Assembly (NCBI RefSeq): GCF_006345805.1
Contig: NC_043007.1
Location: 63,922,001 to 63,986,000 of the forward strand
DNA: 64,000 nt
Origin: Octopus sinensis
Lineage: Eukaryota
Direction: 5' to 3'
Within the stretch, counting starts at the first letter, position 1, and each line of letters begins with the position of its first letter. The notes below the pieces were generated by a model. It saw only the letters and a list, made by a program, of their open reading frames with translations, searched no databases and was not told the DNA's origin. This document shows, piece by piece, positions 1 to 14,000 of this stretch. Made by a program: the position numbers and the translations under genes.

Positions 1-529
1 TTTCCATCACTCTGTAGGAAAACTGACCTATCCTAATGCTGCAACCAAACATGTCCTGTTAATGAATTCCAAACCATTAGTTGCTGATAACCCAGATATA
101 TTACCATAGAAATAGCAAGCCCATGCACAATGGTAGTGTATAATCCTTAATATATGTGGAGATTACAGCCTACTGTCATATCCAGCAGACATAATGATCA
201 CACAGACTTATATGTAACTTGACACCATCCAAATTGGTTAACTCCCCACATGATAACTAAATGGGTTGAAGTGCCACACCCTGCAGAACAAGGGCTGACA
301 CCAACATCCTGTCTTTTTTACCACATAAGGTATTTGATGAAAGAACTGATTATGCTAAGACAGGTAAAACAATTGCTTGACCTGAAATGCCCACTGAAGG
401 CCTAAATACTCTCACCTAGAAGCCATATTAAATTTCTTTTAAATGCTCTTCACTCTGATTCTGAACATCTTATAAAGTGGATGTGCTCTAAACCCATGTA
501 ATCTTTAATAAATGTATGTATATATACGT

Positions 530-622
530 ATCATCATCATCATCATTTAACGTCCGCTTCCATGCTAGCATGGGTTGGACGGTTCAACTGGGGTCTGGGG
601 AGCCCGAAGGCTGCATCAGGCC
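530..622 (-). mobile_element. RTE LINE 3' tail fragment
   Basis: (CAT)n then tttaacgtccgcttccatgctagcatgggttggac, the same sequence as the 3' end of the RTE at 60390-63316. Confidence 0.8.
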
Positions 623-639
623 AATATATATATATATAA

Positions 640-739
<100 letters not shown>

Positions 740-847
740 GTATATATATATATGTATGTATATATATATATGTATATATATATGTATGTATATATATATA
801 TGTATATATATATATGTATGTATATATATATGTATGTATATATATAT

Positions 848-1177
848 GTCATCATCATCATCATCGTTTAGCGTCCGATTTCCATGCTAGCATGGGTTGG
901 ACAGTTCTACTGGGGTCTGTGAAGCCAGAAGGCTATTGAAGCCAGAAGGCTATTGAAGCCAGAAGGCTCATCAGGCCCAGTCAAATCTGGCAGTGTTTCT
1001 ACGGCTGGATGCCCTTCCTAACGCCAACCACTCCGTGAGTGTAGTGGGTGCTTTTTACGTGCCACCCGCACAGGTGCCAGACAGAGCTGGCAAACGGCCA
1101 CAAACGGATGGTGCTTTTTATGTGCCATCCGTTCGTGGCCGTTTGCCAGCTCTGTCTGGCACCTGTGCGTGGTGGCA
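848..1177 (-). mobile_element. RTE LINE 3' UTR fragment with fold-back at its truncation point
   Basis: (CAT)n, ccatgctagcatgg and ggatgcccttcctaacgccaacc motifs; internal 17-bp triplication at about 920-968; inverted repeat 1060-1177. Confidence 0.85.
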
Positions 1178-1287
1178 ATATATATATGTATGTATGTATG
1201 TATATATATATATGTAGATATATGTATGTATATAATATGTATGTATATATATATATGATGTATATATATAGTATGTATATATATATG

Positions 1288-1327
<40 letters not shown>

Positions 1328-1480
1328 TATGTATGTATATATATATGTATGTATATATATGATGTATATAATATATATGTATATAATTATATATATATTA
1401 TATATATATATGTATTGTATATATATATATGTATATTATATATGTATGTAGATATATATATATATGTATATATATGTATG

Positions 1481-1515
<35 letters not shown>

Positions 1516-1668
1516 GTATGTATATATATATGTATATATATATATATATCTATATGTATATATATGTATGTATATGTATATATGTATATATTATATATAT
1601 TATATATATGTATATATATTATGTATGTATATATATATATGTATATATTATATATATATATATATATC

Positions 1669-1708
<40 letters not shown>

Positions 1709-1711
1709 TTT

Positions 1712-2101
1712 TCTTTCTTGTTTCAGTCATTTGACTGCGGCCATGCTGGAGCACCGCCTTTAGTCGAGCAAATCAACCCCAGGACTTATTCTTTGTAAGC
1801 CCAGTACTTATTCTATCGGTCTCTTTTGCCGAACCGCTAGGTGACGGGGACGTAAACACACCAGCATCGGTTGTCAAGCAATGCTAGAGAGACAAACACA
1901 GACACACAAACATATACACACACACATATATATATATATATACGACAGGCTTCTTTCAGTTTCCGTCTACCAAATCCACTCACAAGGCTTTGGTCAGCCC
2001 GAGGCTATAGCAGAAGACACTTGCCCAAGATGCCACGCAGTGGGACTGAACCCGGAACCATGTGGTTGGTTAGCAAGCTACTTACCACACAGCCACTCCT
2101 G
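1712..2101 (-). mobile_element. tRNA-derived ~400-bp SINE (family A, CORE-like)
   Basis: Reverse complement of the copy at 15557-15958: A/B-box head, cttgggcaagtg core, internal TA/TG microsatellite, caaatgactgaaacaag tail. Confidence 0.85.
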
Positions 2102-2125
2102 TATATATATATGTGTATATATATA

Positions 2126-2318
2126 TCATCATCATCATCATCGTTTAACGTCCGTTCTCCATGCTAGCATGGGTTGTACGGTTCGACCGGGGATCTGGGA
2201 AGCCAGAAGGCTGCACCAGGCTCCAGTCTTGTCTGGCAATGTTTCTACAGCTGGATACCCTTCCTAACGCCAACCACTCCGTGAGTGTAGTGGGTGCTTT
2301 TTACGTGCCACCTGCACG
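2126..2318 (-). mobile_element. RTE LINE 3' tail fragment
   Basis: High identity to 60390-60585. Confidence 0.85.
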
Positions 2319-2353
2319 TATATGTATATATATGTATATATATATATGTATAT

Positions 2354-2393
<40 letters not shown>

Positions 2394-2420
2394 GTATATA
2401 TATATATGTATATAATAATG

Positions 2421-2453
<33 letters not shown>

Positions 2454-3706
2454 ATATAGTATATATATATTATATTAATTTGTTATATATATATTATATA
2501 TTATATATAATATGTGTATATATATATATATATTATATATATATATGTATGTATATATATATATATGTATGTATATATATATATATGTATGTATATATAT
2601 ATGTAGTAAATATAATATATGTATATATATATATATATTATGTAATATTATATAATATATATTAATATAATATATATATATATGTATGTATATATATATG
2701 TATTATGTATATATACATAATGTATATATTATGTATATATATGTATATATGTTATATCATATATGTATATATATATGTATATATACCTATATGTATATAT
2801 ATACATATATGTATATATATATATGTATATATATATTGTTATATATATATGTATAGTATAATATATATGTATATATATATATGTATATATATAATATATG
2901 TATATATATCTATGTATATATATATATGTATATATATATATGTTATATATATATGTATATATATATGTATATATATATATGTATATATATATGTATATAT
3001 ATATGTATATATATATATGTATATATATATGTATATATCTATTTTATATATCATATATATATGTATATATATATATGTATAATATATGTATATTATATGT
3101 ATATATAATATATATGTATATATATGTGTATATATATATATGTGTTATATATATATGTATATATATGTATATATTATATATATGTGTATATAATATATAT
3201 GTGTATATATATATATGTTGTATATATATATGTGTAATAATATATATGTATATATATGTATATATATATATATATATGTGTAATATATTATTAATATATA
3301 TGTATATATATATATAATGTATATATATATATGTATATATATATCTGTATTATATATATATGTATATATATATATATATGTATGTATATATATATATGTA
3401 TATATATATATGTATATATATATATATGTATGTATATATATATATATGTATTATATATATGTATATATATATATATGTATATATAATATATGTATATATA
3501 TGTCTAAATATTATATGTATATATATATTATATATATATGTGTATATATATATGTGTATATATATATATTGTATATATATATATGTGTATATATATATAT
3601 GTATATATATATGTGTTTATATATGTGTAATATATATATGTGTATATATATATATATGTATATATATATGTGTATATATATATGTGTATATATATGTGTG
3701 TATATA

Positions 3707-3754
<48 letters not shown>

Positions 3755-4105
3755 ATATATGTGTATATATATATGTATATATATATGTGTCTGTATATAT
3801 ATGTGTATATATATATGTGTATATATATATATATATTATATATATGTGTATATATATATGTGTATATATATGTGTGTATATATATATATGATATATATAT
3901 ATATAATATATATATATATATGTATATATTATATATATATGTGTATATATATATATGTGTGTATATATATATGTGTGTATATATATATGGTGTATATATA
4001 TATGTGTATATATATATATATATTGTGTGTATATTATATATATATTATATGTGTATATATATATATGTGTGTATATATATGTGTGTATATATATATGTGT
4101 ATATA

Positions 4106-4147
<42 letters not shown>

Positions 4148-7100
4148 ATATAATGTCTGAATCAAACTGTTTTAATCTATGTGTGTGTGTATGTGTATTA
4201 TTTGAATTGTATACAACACTTGTTAGATATATAGAGATCTAAAGTAGATTTACAGGTGTGTATTGAATGTATTTTTCAAGTTTATTTCACTACTGAAACT
4301 AAGGTTCTTGGAAAAAACTTTATTGTCAGAAGTTCTCATACCTATTTAAGAAACATTTTTGTTTACTGATTTTCTGTCTTTCATTTTCCTTTCCTTATTT
4401 GCATTCTTCTTTATTTCCTTGTTTCCTTTCTGCTTATCCTTCCTCATATCATTTTTCTCCCCATCCTTTTACTTTCAATTTCTTAAATGTTTATCTTCAT
4501 TTCTTTCTTTTCCTTTCTCTTCTTCATTCTATTTGCTTCATTTTTTTGTTTTATTTTTTGTCCCCATTTAAAAAAGATTCTATCTTTCTTCCGCCTTTCT
4601 CCTTCTCTCTCTATTTTTCTTTTTTCTTTCGTTCTTTTTTTCTTCTATTTCTAATTCATTAATCTTCAAATTCTGACTGTATTCTGAATGGTAAAGAATG
4701 TTCCCTCTGATAAGTCATTTTTGCTCTAATCTCTTTTTTAGATTACTATTTTGTTTTTGGTTTGTGTATTTTTTACTTATTTAATTTTGTTGTTGTTTTG
4801 GCTATTTTCTTGTTTGAGTTGTATCACTTTTCATTAGGTTCTCTGTTTGCATCATTCTCTACTAAAAAGTAAAGCAACAGCAGCAGCAACTGCAAGAACA
4901 ACAACAAGTTATCTTGGAAAATTGAGGGAGAAGAAAATACTATATGATATCTGTCAGAAAATACTATCTGATTGCAGACTGGTAGAAAGAAGAGGGGAAG
5001 GAAAACTGAAAAACAGATAGTATAAGGAAGAAGGGTTGAAGTAAGGAAAATGGAAATACAAAAAGAAATATAGGGAGTGGGGTATAACAGAAGAGAATAA
5101 TAGAGAGAAATTGGAATAAGGAGAAAGTAAGGCAAAGATAGATGAATAATTAAGAGAGTGAGAGCATAAAAGAAAGAGATTGAACCAGAAATAGATGAAG
5201 CTTATGTATATGTGTTTTTTAATTAATTAATTAATTAATTAATTACAAATGGAATGTGAGGCTAATCATTCCTACATTGTTATTTCATTATGGTCAATTT
5301 ACAATTCCATCTGCATCTACCACACATCTTAGTTATAAGCAAACTCAAAAACTATGCTTTAAATATTGGAGAGTTAAAAGCTCTAAGTATGGGTATGTTC
5401 TTTTAATTATATTTAACCAGTTTTCTCATTATAGTTCGAGTTAGTCTGTAGAGTAATTTGCTGTAAGCTGTACTTTAGAAAACTTATATATTTCTACTAT
5501 GCTTGCAGACCAAATTTGCTTCTCTTTTTTTAATTTTTTTTTTTTTTTTTGCCCAGAAACTTCAGTTACTTCCATTTATTCTGAACACATATGGTGATAT
5601 AACTAGCTGTATCAATAAATGGAATTGTGACACTATAACCATGCATGTTTTGAAATTAATATCAAGCTTTAAAATATAAATGGCCTGAAGGCAGTTTGTT
5701 CAACTAAACCCTTCAATGCAAGTGCTCCAGCATTGCCACAGTCCAATGACAGAAGCATGTAAAAGATAAATGATAAAGATATAGCATGATATTTCATAAG
5801 ACGGTAGTTCTTCATTGACAATTCTGCTTTGACATGTTATGTCTTCTCACACAAGCATGATGTTAAAATTTCTGTCCTTACTTGGATATTTAGTAGTCTC
5901 ATATACAGTACTCCTGCCTTTCCTATCACCAATCATATTATTTGATCATATCTAATAACTTTCCCAAACCTCTCTGTGTGTTCATACTGTTTTTACATTT
6001 GCATGAATATAAAAGGATGTCTCCAAGTTAAAAAAAGAGAGAGTAGCGAGCATCTGGATGTTTTGTGTCTGCAGTTTATCTATCTATATATTTTTCATTC
6101 ATTAGTGAAAATAGATCTCAATATTAATAACAATAATCAAGTTTGGAAAAGGGATAAAAAATTTAATAAATCAACTAGATAGTTCTGCAAATATGAGGAA
6201 TTTTACATGAAATGTTGAAATTTGCAACTGTTTGTGGCAATAGAGGCCAGTTGGCAAAGTGGTTTGGGTGTTCAGCTACCTGCTTATAGCTCATGAGTTC
6301 AAATCAGCTGCTGGCATTTTGTTGTATTTTCAGGTAGAACAGTTTATTCTACTCTACTTCAGTTTTCCTGGAATAAACTAATAATCTTATCTACAGTCCT
6401 AAACATCTCTTTGAACCTGTGCACAAAGAAAAAAAAATCATTAATAGGATCTTAATATGTTATAGAACATTGCTGTTGTACTTAGCAGTAGGATTAATAG
6501 AACGCTTTTTATCCCAATGGCATGGACAACAATCAGTTCACCTGATCAATGGCAGTTTTGGATTTATTCAGGTTAGTTACACATTGGTAACAGATGGTAC
6601 TACTTGACAACAATACCAAGAGTTCAAACGCTATTGTAGTTATTGTACTGCATTTATTGGTAAAGTGTATTATGATCCTATTTTCCTTGCTTTAATGAAC
6701 TGAAGAAAATCGTTAACTCTACTGCTTTGAAGTGAAGTGGTAAATGCACGGAAAGGGTGAAAGGATATCAGTTCAACTGCATAAATATTTTCCTGTACAA
6801 GTAATGTGATTGGTTTCTTTTCATTTTTTTTCTTCAAGATTATTGGGACTTATACCACTAAGTAGTTGAGAGGCATATTATGACTTGCATAGTAACAGCA
6901 CTGCACAGCAGGTAGTGTCATAAAATCGAGATAAGCATTAAAAGTCTCTAGAGCTCTTGTCAGTTATACGATGTTGTACATGAACCAACAACGGAACTGC
7001 TATGTAGAAGCTTGAGCTGTTAGAAATAGCAGCTACATTTTTCTTTCTCAAATCATACCTTACTGTCTTGAAAATGAAAGAACAGACAGTGCATTCTTAG

Positions 7101-7867
7101 ACATACAAAGCAGGAGATGGCCATGATTGGAATGCCTTTGTCTGATTGACTTGGGGGCTAAAAATACAATTACATTATAACATTTTGTATATTGTACTTA
7201 AAGTAGATGTATCATTAAGTATGATATATAGATTGCTATTTTAAACACATTCTGCTTCCATTACTAATAATGAACAATTACAATAACTGAACTGTAAACT
7301 GTTGGTAGGAAGAGCACTGCTCTCAACAGTTTACAGAAGTGTTTCATAACATTTTAGTGCTTAATTGAAATCTTTGAAAGTTAGGTACCTTTCAAAGAAT
7401 ACAGTGATTAACTTCCATCCCAAAATATAAACTAAAGTGTTATATCAATTAATAACAGTGAAAATTGTTTTGGCATTTTAATTAAATTATTTTAGATGTG
7501 TCTGGTTATGAAAATTCTGAATGCACAAAGTTTATGAGAAAAGACCAGTACTTCAAACCAGACCAAAATACCGGATATGAGTGAGAAAATTAAATAATTA
7601 AAAAGGAATGTAATAATACATTACGAAGGATATATCATACACTCTTATTCATTAGTTATTAATATATCAATGGCCAAACATTCAAATTCAGAATTTGAAT
7701 GTATAGATAGAGGTTAACACGTTATTCTTGCTGGTCAGGATACATGTAAGTGCCAAAGTATGATTTTGTAGCAATTTGTATCTTTGGGAATATTCTCCTG
7801 ATGGGAGGAGTGGCACCGTTATATTGTTTTATATCCATTATTTTATGGTACAGTATATGATATGGGA

Positions 7868-7931
<64 letters not shown>

Positions 7932-8129
7932 CTTAAGTCTTTCATTGTTTGATTTGCCTAATAGTGGTTTTGTCTCTAATTTAATATATATATATATATA
8001 TATACATATGTGTGTGTGTGTATATGTGTATATGTGTATTTGTGTGTGTATATGTGTATATATATGTATATATATCTATATATATGTATATAAATATATA
8101 CATATATATAGATGTATATATATGTATGT

Positions 8130-8425
8130 TGGTTGGTTGGCATCCTTTTTGTCTCGGGAGACAATGGAGTTGCACATAAAATAATCTAGTCCGGCTTTTA
8201 CATTTCATGTCCTAATATATCTCCTACTGTGGCTGTGTAGTCCTATCCTGGACAAACACTCCCTCTGGCAGGTGCCGCAAATGTAGCAAAGACTTTGCCT
8301 GGCTGGTTGTAATGTCATAGTGTCTTGTTGATATCTTTTTTTGTCTTTCCATTTCTTCTCTCTCCCTCTGTCACTCCTTTGTGTTCCCTCTTTTACGGTA
8401 CGTTGGCAATCTCCACAGTTGTCGC
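8130..8425 (-). mobile_element. RTE-BovB-like LINE 3' end
   Basis: Minus strand encodes ICGTCQRECLSRIGLHSHSRR (C-terminal CxxC..SRIGLxSH zinc knuckle of BovB-type RTEs) and ends in a (CAAC)n tail. Confidence 0.7.
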
Positions 8426-11105
8426 AGGGCTAAGTTGATTATATCAACCCCAGCACTCAACTGGTGCTTGGTTTATTGACCCCTGAAAGGGACGAAAGGC
8501 AAAGTAGGCCCTGTCAGAATTTTAGAATGTAATGATGACTGAAATGCTGATAAACATTTTGCCCAACGTCCTAACAATTCTACCAGCTCACCACCTTGCC
8601 CTATTCCAATACTAAACAAAAGAAACAAACTTATTTTTTAACATGCTGACACATGTCCAAATTCTTTCTCATGAACTTCAAAACAGATCTTTCTGACACA
8701 TTATGGGGAACAATCAATGTCCAAAGTGCAGCAAAAGCAGTGTAAGCTATTATTTATCATTTCTTCTCAAACCAGTGGTAATGTAAAGTTGACCAAAACG
8801 CCTGTTAGATTAAATCATGCTTTGGATAATAATCTAATCCTGTTTGCATTACATATGAATAAAATATATAGATATACATAAATATGTAAGTCATACATAA
8901 ATATTTATTTATATGTGGGTGTGAGGTGCAGGAATGGCTGTGTGGTAAGAAGCTTGCTTTCCAACCAGATGATTTCAGGTTCAGTCCCATTTCATGGCAC
9001 CTTAGGCAAGCGTCATCTACTGCAGACCCAGGCCAACCAAAGCCTTATGAGTGGATTTGGCAGACAGAAACTCACGGAAGCTTGGAAAATATCTTGACCA
9101 TTGCTTTTCGAGCAATTAGTCCCTGTCAGCATGTATGTATACAATTATGTGCTTTGACTGCAGCATTAGAGTGTTTAGCTCTTATTTCTAGCAATGTAGG
9201 TGTTTCTAACACCCACAGTCATATTTAATGATGGTTATAGTTTTCCTTTATGGTACACATTGTTTACTGCTGCCTACATTAATTATGTGTGTGTGTGTGC
9301 ATATGTGTGTAACAGGTGAGGATTGGTGACAGGAAGAGCATCCAGCTGTGGAAAATTCACTTCAACGAATTCCATAGATGCTCTCAGCTTCCACTCTGTA
9401 AAGTGGTTGGTATTAGGAAGGACGGCACCCAGTTGTGAAAACTATGTCAAAATTAACAATGGAGCTTGGTGCAGTCCTCTCGCTTACTAGCTCCTGTCAA
9501 ACTGTTTGATCCATGCTAGCATGGAAGACATGTTAAATGATGATGATAATGATGATGATGATGTTTATATATATATATATATATATGTATGTGTATGTAT
9601 ATATATAATAAACACCTAGATATAAACAGGCATATATCAAAACATATGTAGACATGTATTTATAAGTATATATATATATATATATAACATGTATATATAT
9701 AAATGTGTGTGTGTGTATGTGTGTGTATACATAGTCAAACATTCATACACAGCACACATATCAACATGATGCTTTGTTGTGTATTTTGAAATCATCTTAT
9801 CTACTGTTAAAAGGAAATGTTTTAGATAAATCTAAAAGATACAATGAAATTGTTATTTCCTTTTGTTTTGTTTGTTTCACCAAGTGATTTTTGGAATGTT
9901 ATACCAATGCTACAAAATGTTCCCATGAATTGATAAGATACTTATCCTCTTTCTGTCTTCAATATCTGAGTTTTGTTATTGTTTTCGTTGAGTTTTCAAG
10001 AACAATGGTAGAGTATTTTATTGTAGTTAATCTTTGCTTTAACTCTTTACCTCTCATCGATTTGAGAATGAAATACTGTATCAGAAATTATTGTTACCCA
10101 TTGCTTGAATGTTAATTTTTTCTTCAGTGCCATCAGTATCACTGTCATCATTGCTGCCACCACCACCATCAATGTCATTACCACCACCACGACCACCATC
10201 ATCAATAACTACATCCCCATTATCTGACAATTGTTTTACTTTACCAGTATGGATTAAATAATTTTGCTTTGCAGAATGTATGTATGCTATGTTCTTATCT
10301 TAACTCTAAGGCATAGTTATTATCCACTAGTCAATCTTTACTATTTTCCAAGTCTTAGTGTCATGACTACTACGTGTATGTTCCATCAAGCAAATCATAC
10401 CATCATTCCATAACATGTGCCCAGTCTATCCACATTGCATGTGGTTAAAACATTTACATGGTGGCATATGACATTTCTCCTGAGATAGATTAAGGCAATA
10501 TTATAACACATAAATGCTACACCTCTTGTATGCCCAATACCACAATATATTAAATCCCAAACTAGTGCTACATGACTAGAAGCTCTACCAACGTTGCCAA
10601 GGGGAAATGTTTGTTGTTTAAATATTACAGCTCAAATATGATGATAAATTAATTTCTCTACTTTAGTTTATAGGGCTTCATGCCTTTAGTGTATTTAGTG
10701 CTTATGTGTCACTGACACATATCATCATACTTTCCCACAACTTCATCATAATATTTATTTACCTCATAGCATTACCCGTATTACATAGATTAAAAATTTA
10801 TGGACTGTTTCTAGCCAGCCATGCAATCAGTTAATGGTCTTCGGTGAAATGGTAGTGTGAACTCTTAACAATTCTAGCACATCTGGTACATTAAACTCTT
10901 TTGATTCCTCAGCAACCATACTAATGGTGGTTATATTGCTTTGCTTGTCGAGATAGTTTATATTAACTATACAGTGTAACTACCTATCTATTTGGCTTCA
11001 TGAATTACAAAGTGTAGAAAACTCAATGTAGTAAATAATTAGCTTTGGATAAATGATATATATCTTCATGTATTTATTATATTTGGTCTTCACTTCAGGT
11101 TTATT

Positions 11106-11302
11106 ATTATTATTTTAGTTCCTTTGTCAAAGCTCTTTTGTCACACATCCTGTGACATCCTTAGTGACTCACTATCCCATGTGGTATACCATAGAAAGAC
11201 AAAATGGAATAAACAGAACAAGAGGAGACATGTGGGATAGTCACTGAAGAGGTCACAGGATGTACGATGAAAGAGCTATGACAAAGAAACTAAAATAATA
11301 AT
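11106..11302. mobile_element. Mini Penelope-like element: inverted pair of hammerhead-bearing repeats
   Basis: About 70-bp inverted arms (11106-11178 vs 11234-11302), each containing a hammerhead core. Confidence 0.65.
11240..11282 (+). ncRNA. Minimal type I hammerhead ribozyme
   Basis: gtca-CTGAAGA-g gtcacaggatgtacgat-GAAA-gagc-TA-tgac; stem I gtca/tgac. A decayed mirror copy lies at 11126-11168 (-) with stem II gtcac/gtgac. Confidence 0.65.
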
Positions 11303-11995
11303 CATCATCATCATTGTTTAACGTCCGCTTTCCATGCTAGCATGGGTTGGACGAATGACTGAGGGCTGGCGAACCAGATGGCTGCACCAGGCTTCAATCT
11401 TGATCTGGCAGAGTTTCTACAGCTGGATGCCCTTCCTAACGCCAACCTCACCAAGAGTGTAGTGCGTGCTTTTATGTGCCACTGGCATGGGGCCAGTCAG
11501 GTGGCACTGGCAATGACCTCACTCGAATCTTTTACACATGCCACTGGCACAGGTGCTAGTAAGGCGATGCTGGTAACGATCACGCTCCAATGATGTCTTT
11601 TACGTGCCACTGGCACGGAGGCCAGATAGCCGCTCTAGCAATGATCACGCTCGGATGGTGCTCTTAATACCCTACTAGCACGGGGCTCAAGTGCCAGTAA
11701 TGCAACGCTGGTAACGATCACGCTCAAATGGTGCTTTTTAAGTGCCACTGGCACGGAAGCTGAATAGCCACTCTGTCAATGATCACACTCGTATGGTGCT
11801 CTTTGCACCCCACTAGCATGGATGCCAGTCATCAAATTTGATTTTGATTTTTGATTTCACTTGCCTCAACAGGTCTTCGCAAGCAGAGTTTTAGTGTCCA
11901 AGGAAGGAAAAGGTACGCATAAGTGAGCTGGTAACACCCCTGACATAGGCCACGAGATTATGGTCTCATTTGGCTTACCGTGCGTGAGAAGACCC
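11302..11995 (-). mobile_element. RTE LINE 3' UTR with ~65-bp tandem array
   Basis: RTE tail motifs, then repeated gtgccactggcac..gatcacgctc..atggtgc units. Confidence 0.8.
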
Positions 11996-12255
11996 AGCAA
12001 GCCAAATAATAATAATGATAATAATAATAATAATAATAATAATATTAATAATAATAATAATAAAGCTGAAGTGAAGACCAAATATATAGTGCATTGTTCA
12101 ACAGGTACTTATTTTATCAACCAAGAAAGGGTGAAATACAATGTTAACCTTGGCAGAATTTGAGCTCAGAATGTAGAGACAGATGAAATGCTGCTAAGCA
12201 TTTTGCCTGGTGTGCTAATGCTTCTGTCAGCTTACCATCTTCGTATTGCTAACTA

Positions 12256-13123
12256 TGAGGTGGTATCAAAAGGTTCCTGGACTAGTTTGTTTAATAAAAA
12301 ATAACTCATCTAAGTTCTAAGGTCATCTTCAAGACAGTTGCCTTGTGCAGCAATACACTGATCCAAGCATTCCTGTAACTTTTGGAATCTGGCCTGGAAG
12401 TTGTTTTCCATAAGTGAGGACCTGTGATTTGCTCTGGATCTTGACAATAGTGTTAAAACGGCACCTTTTGAGCTGTATTTTCATCCTGGAGAAGAGATGA
12501 AAATTCACAAGTGCTAAATCTGGTGAATAGGGTGAGTGCGGAAGTGATGCCATGTTGTTTTTGGCAGCAAAGAGGAGAGCTTGGTAACAGAGTGCATTGT
12601 CATCATGAAGAATCCAATTCTTCATGCACCGTGAATCCGGTCACTTTTGTCAAATGTCCTCCCTCAAACACTTCAAAACGTTGCAGTAGAACCCTCAATT
12701 AATGGTTTGGCCCTGGGGGACAAATTCTCAATGCACAATACCATATTTCTGGGGATGATGCTCATGGCAGATCTTCCAAGGACATTCTTCTGCTTTTGAA
12801 GTGCCCGTGCTACTCAAAACATTGTGTACGCCTTGTCACAGTAAGCTTGCTAAAGTATGCTCAATGTCTCTGTAGCCAACTTCCCAAGTTTAATGCAAAA
12901 TTTCATGTTGGCTCTTTATTCCTGTCCATGACAAAATCGCAGACTACGGGATACATGTGATCACAAAAACACAAATTTCACAACTTGTGAAGTAAGTACA
13001 GTGATGTCACTCAGCACACTGCCTCATGAAGGCCACAGCTAACTCTCACTGCATGCACAACCATGCACTGCCATCTGTTGGCGCACTACAGAACTAGTGC
13101 GGGAACTTTTTGATTCCACCTCA
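12256..13123 (-). mobile_element. Internally deleted mariner transposon
   Basis: TIRs tgaggtggtatcaaaaggttcc / ggaactttttgattccacctca with TA on both sides; minus strand LHDDNA..PHSPYSPDLA..FHLFSRMK. Confidence 0.9.
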
Positions 13124-13679
13124 TATTAAACTCACTCCTCACTATCTACTATGGTTAATTATATAATTTTCATTCATTAATTAAAATTTTAGGTTGTCTC
13201 TTTTGCCTTTCTTAACCAGAATTTGTCATTAGATAATGACTGTTGTCATCACTCAGTGTAATTTTAATTCAAATTGTTTGGCTTACTTACATTATATCTG
13301 CTGTTGCCCACCTCTCTATTGCATTTTCAAGCAGTAGGCACCCCTAGACATATTTCCTCAGTCATTCTATACATAATGTGTGTGTGAGAGAGAGAGAGAA
13401 AGTCACAGTATAGTTCCAAGAATACTTAACCTGATATCAAATTTAGATAATAACTATGATCAGATAATGAGGATGATAATGTTGACAATCACTTGAATTA
13501 TACTCTTAAATACCTTCTTTACATAGCCAAGAAAAAGCAAGAGTTCAAGTTGAGTCTTTTAGCTGTAAGTTTATGTACAATTATGTGTAATGATGTTTGC
13601 TGGCATTGCAATGTTTTTTTCTATTGTTTTTTTACCAGGTCTATTATGCTATAGTATGTATTCCCTCTTCATGTTGAAT

Positions 13680-13893
13680 ATTGGTTTCAAATTTTGGCAC
13701 AAGACCAGCAGTTTTGAGGAAGGGGCTAAGCTGGTTACATCGATCTCAGTGCTCAACTGGTACTTATTTTATCAACCCTCAAAGGATGAAAAAGCAAAGT
13801 CAACCATGACAGAATTTGAACTGAGAATGTACAGACAAATGAAATGCCACTAAGCATTTTGCCCTGCATGCTAACAATTCTGCCGCCTCACTA
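13680..13893 (-). mobile_element. tRNA-derived ~230-bp SINE (family B)
   Basis: Minus strand ggcagaattgttagca..gagttcaaattc..tttcatcctt..aagtaccagttgagcactg, shared with more than 10 other copies in the window. Confidence 0.85.
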
Positions 13894-13896
13894 CAT

Positions 13897-14000
13897 AAAA
13901 AAAATATGGAATGCTTCATGAATTTACATGTTATTCTTGCACAGGGATGATGCTAATGTCCTCTGTATAATTCTAGTATATGTACAGCCAAAGCTAGTAC
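13897..14000 (-). pseudogene. RNU6: U6 snRNA retropseudogene
   Basis: Minus strand gtactagctttggctgtacatatactagaattatacagaggacattagcat..caagaataacatgtaaattcatgaagcattccatattttttt aligns end to end with U6; multiple substitutions and a short deletion. Confidence 0.9.
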
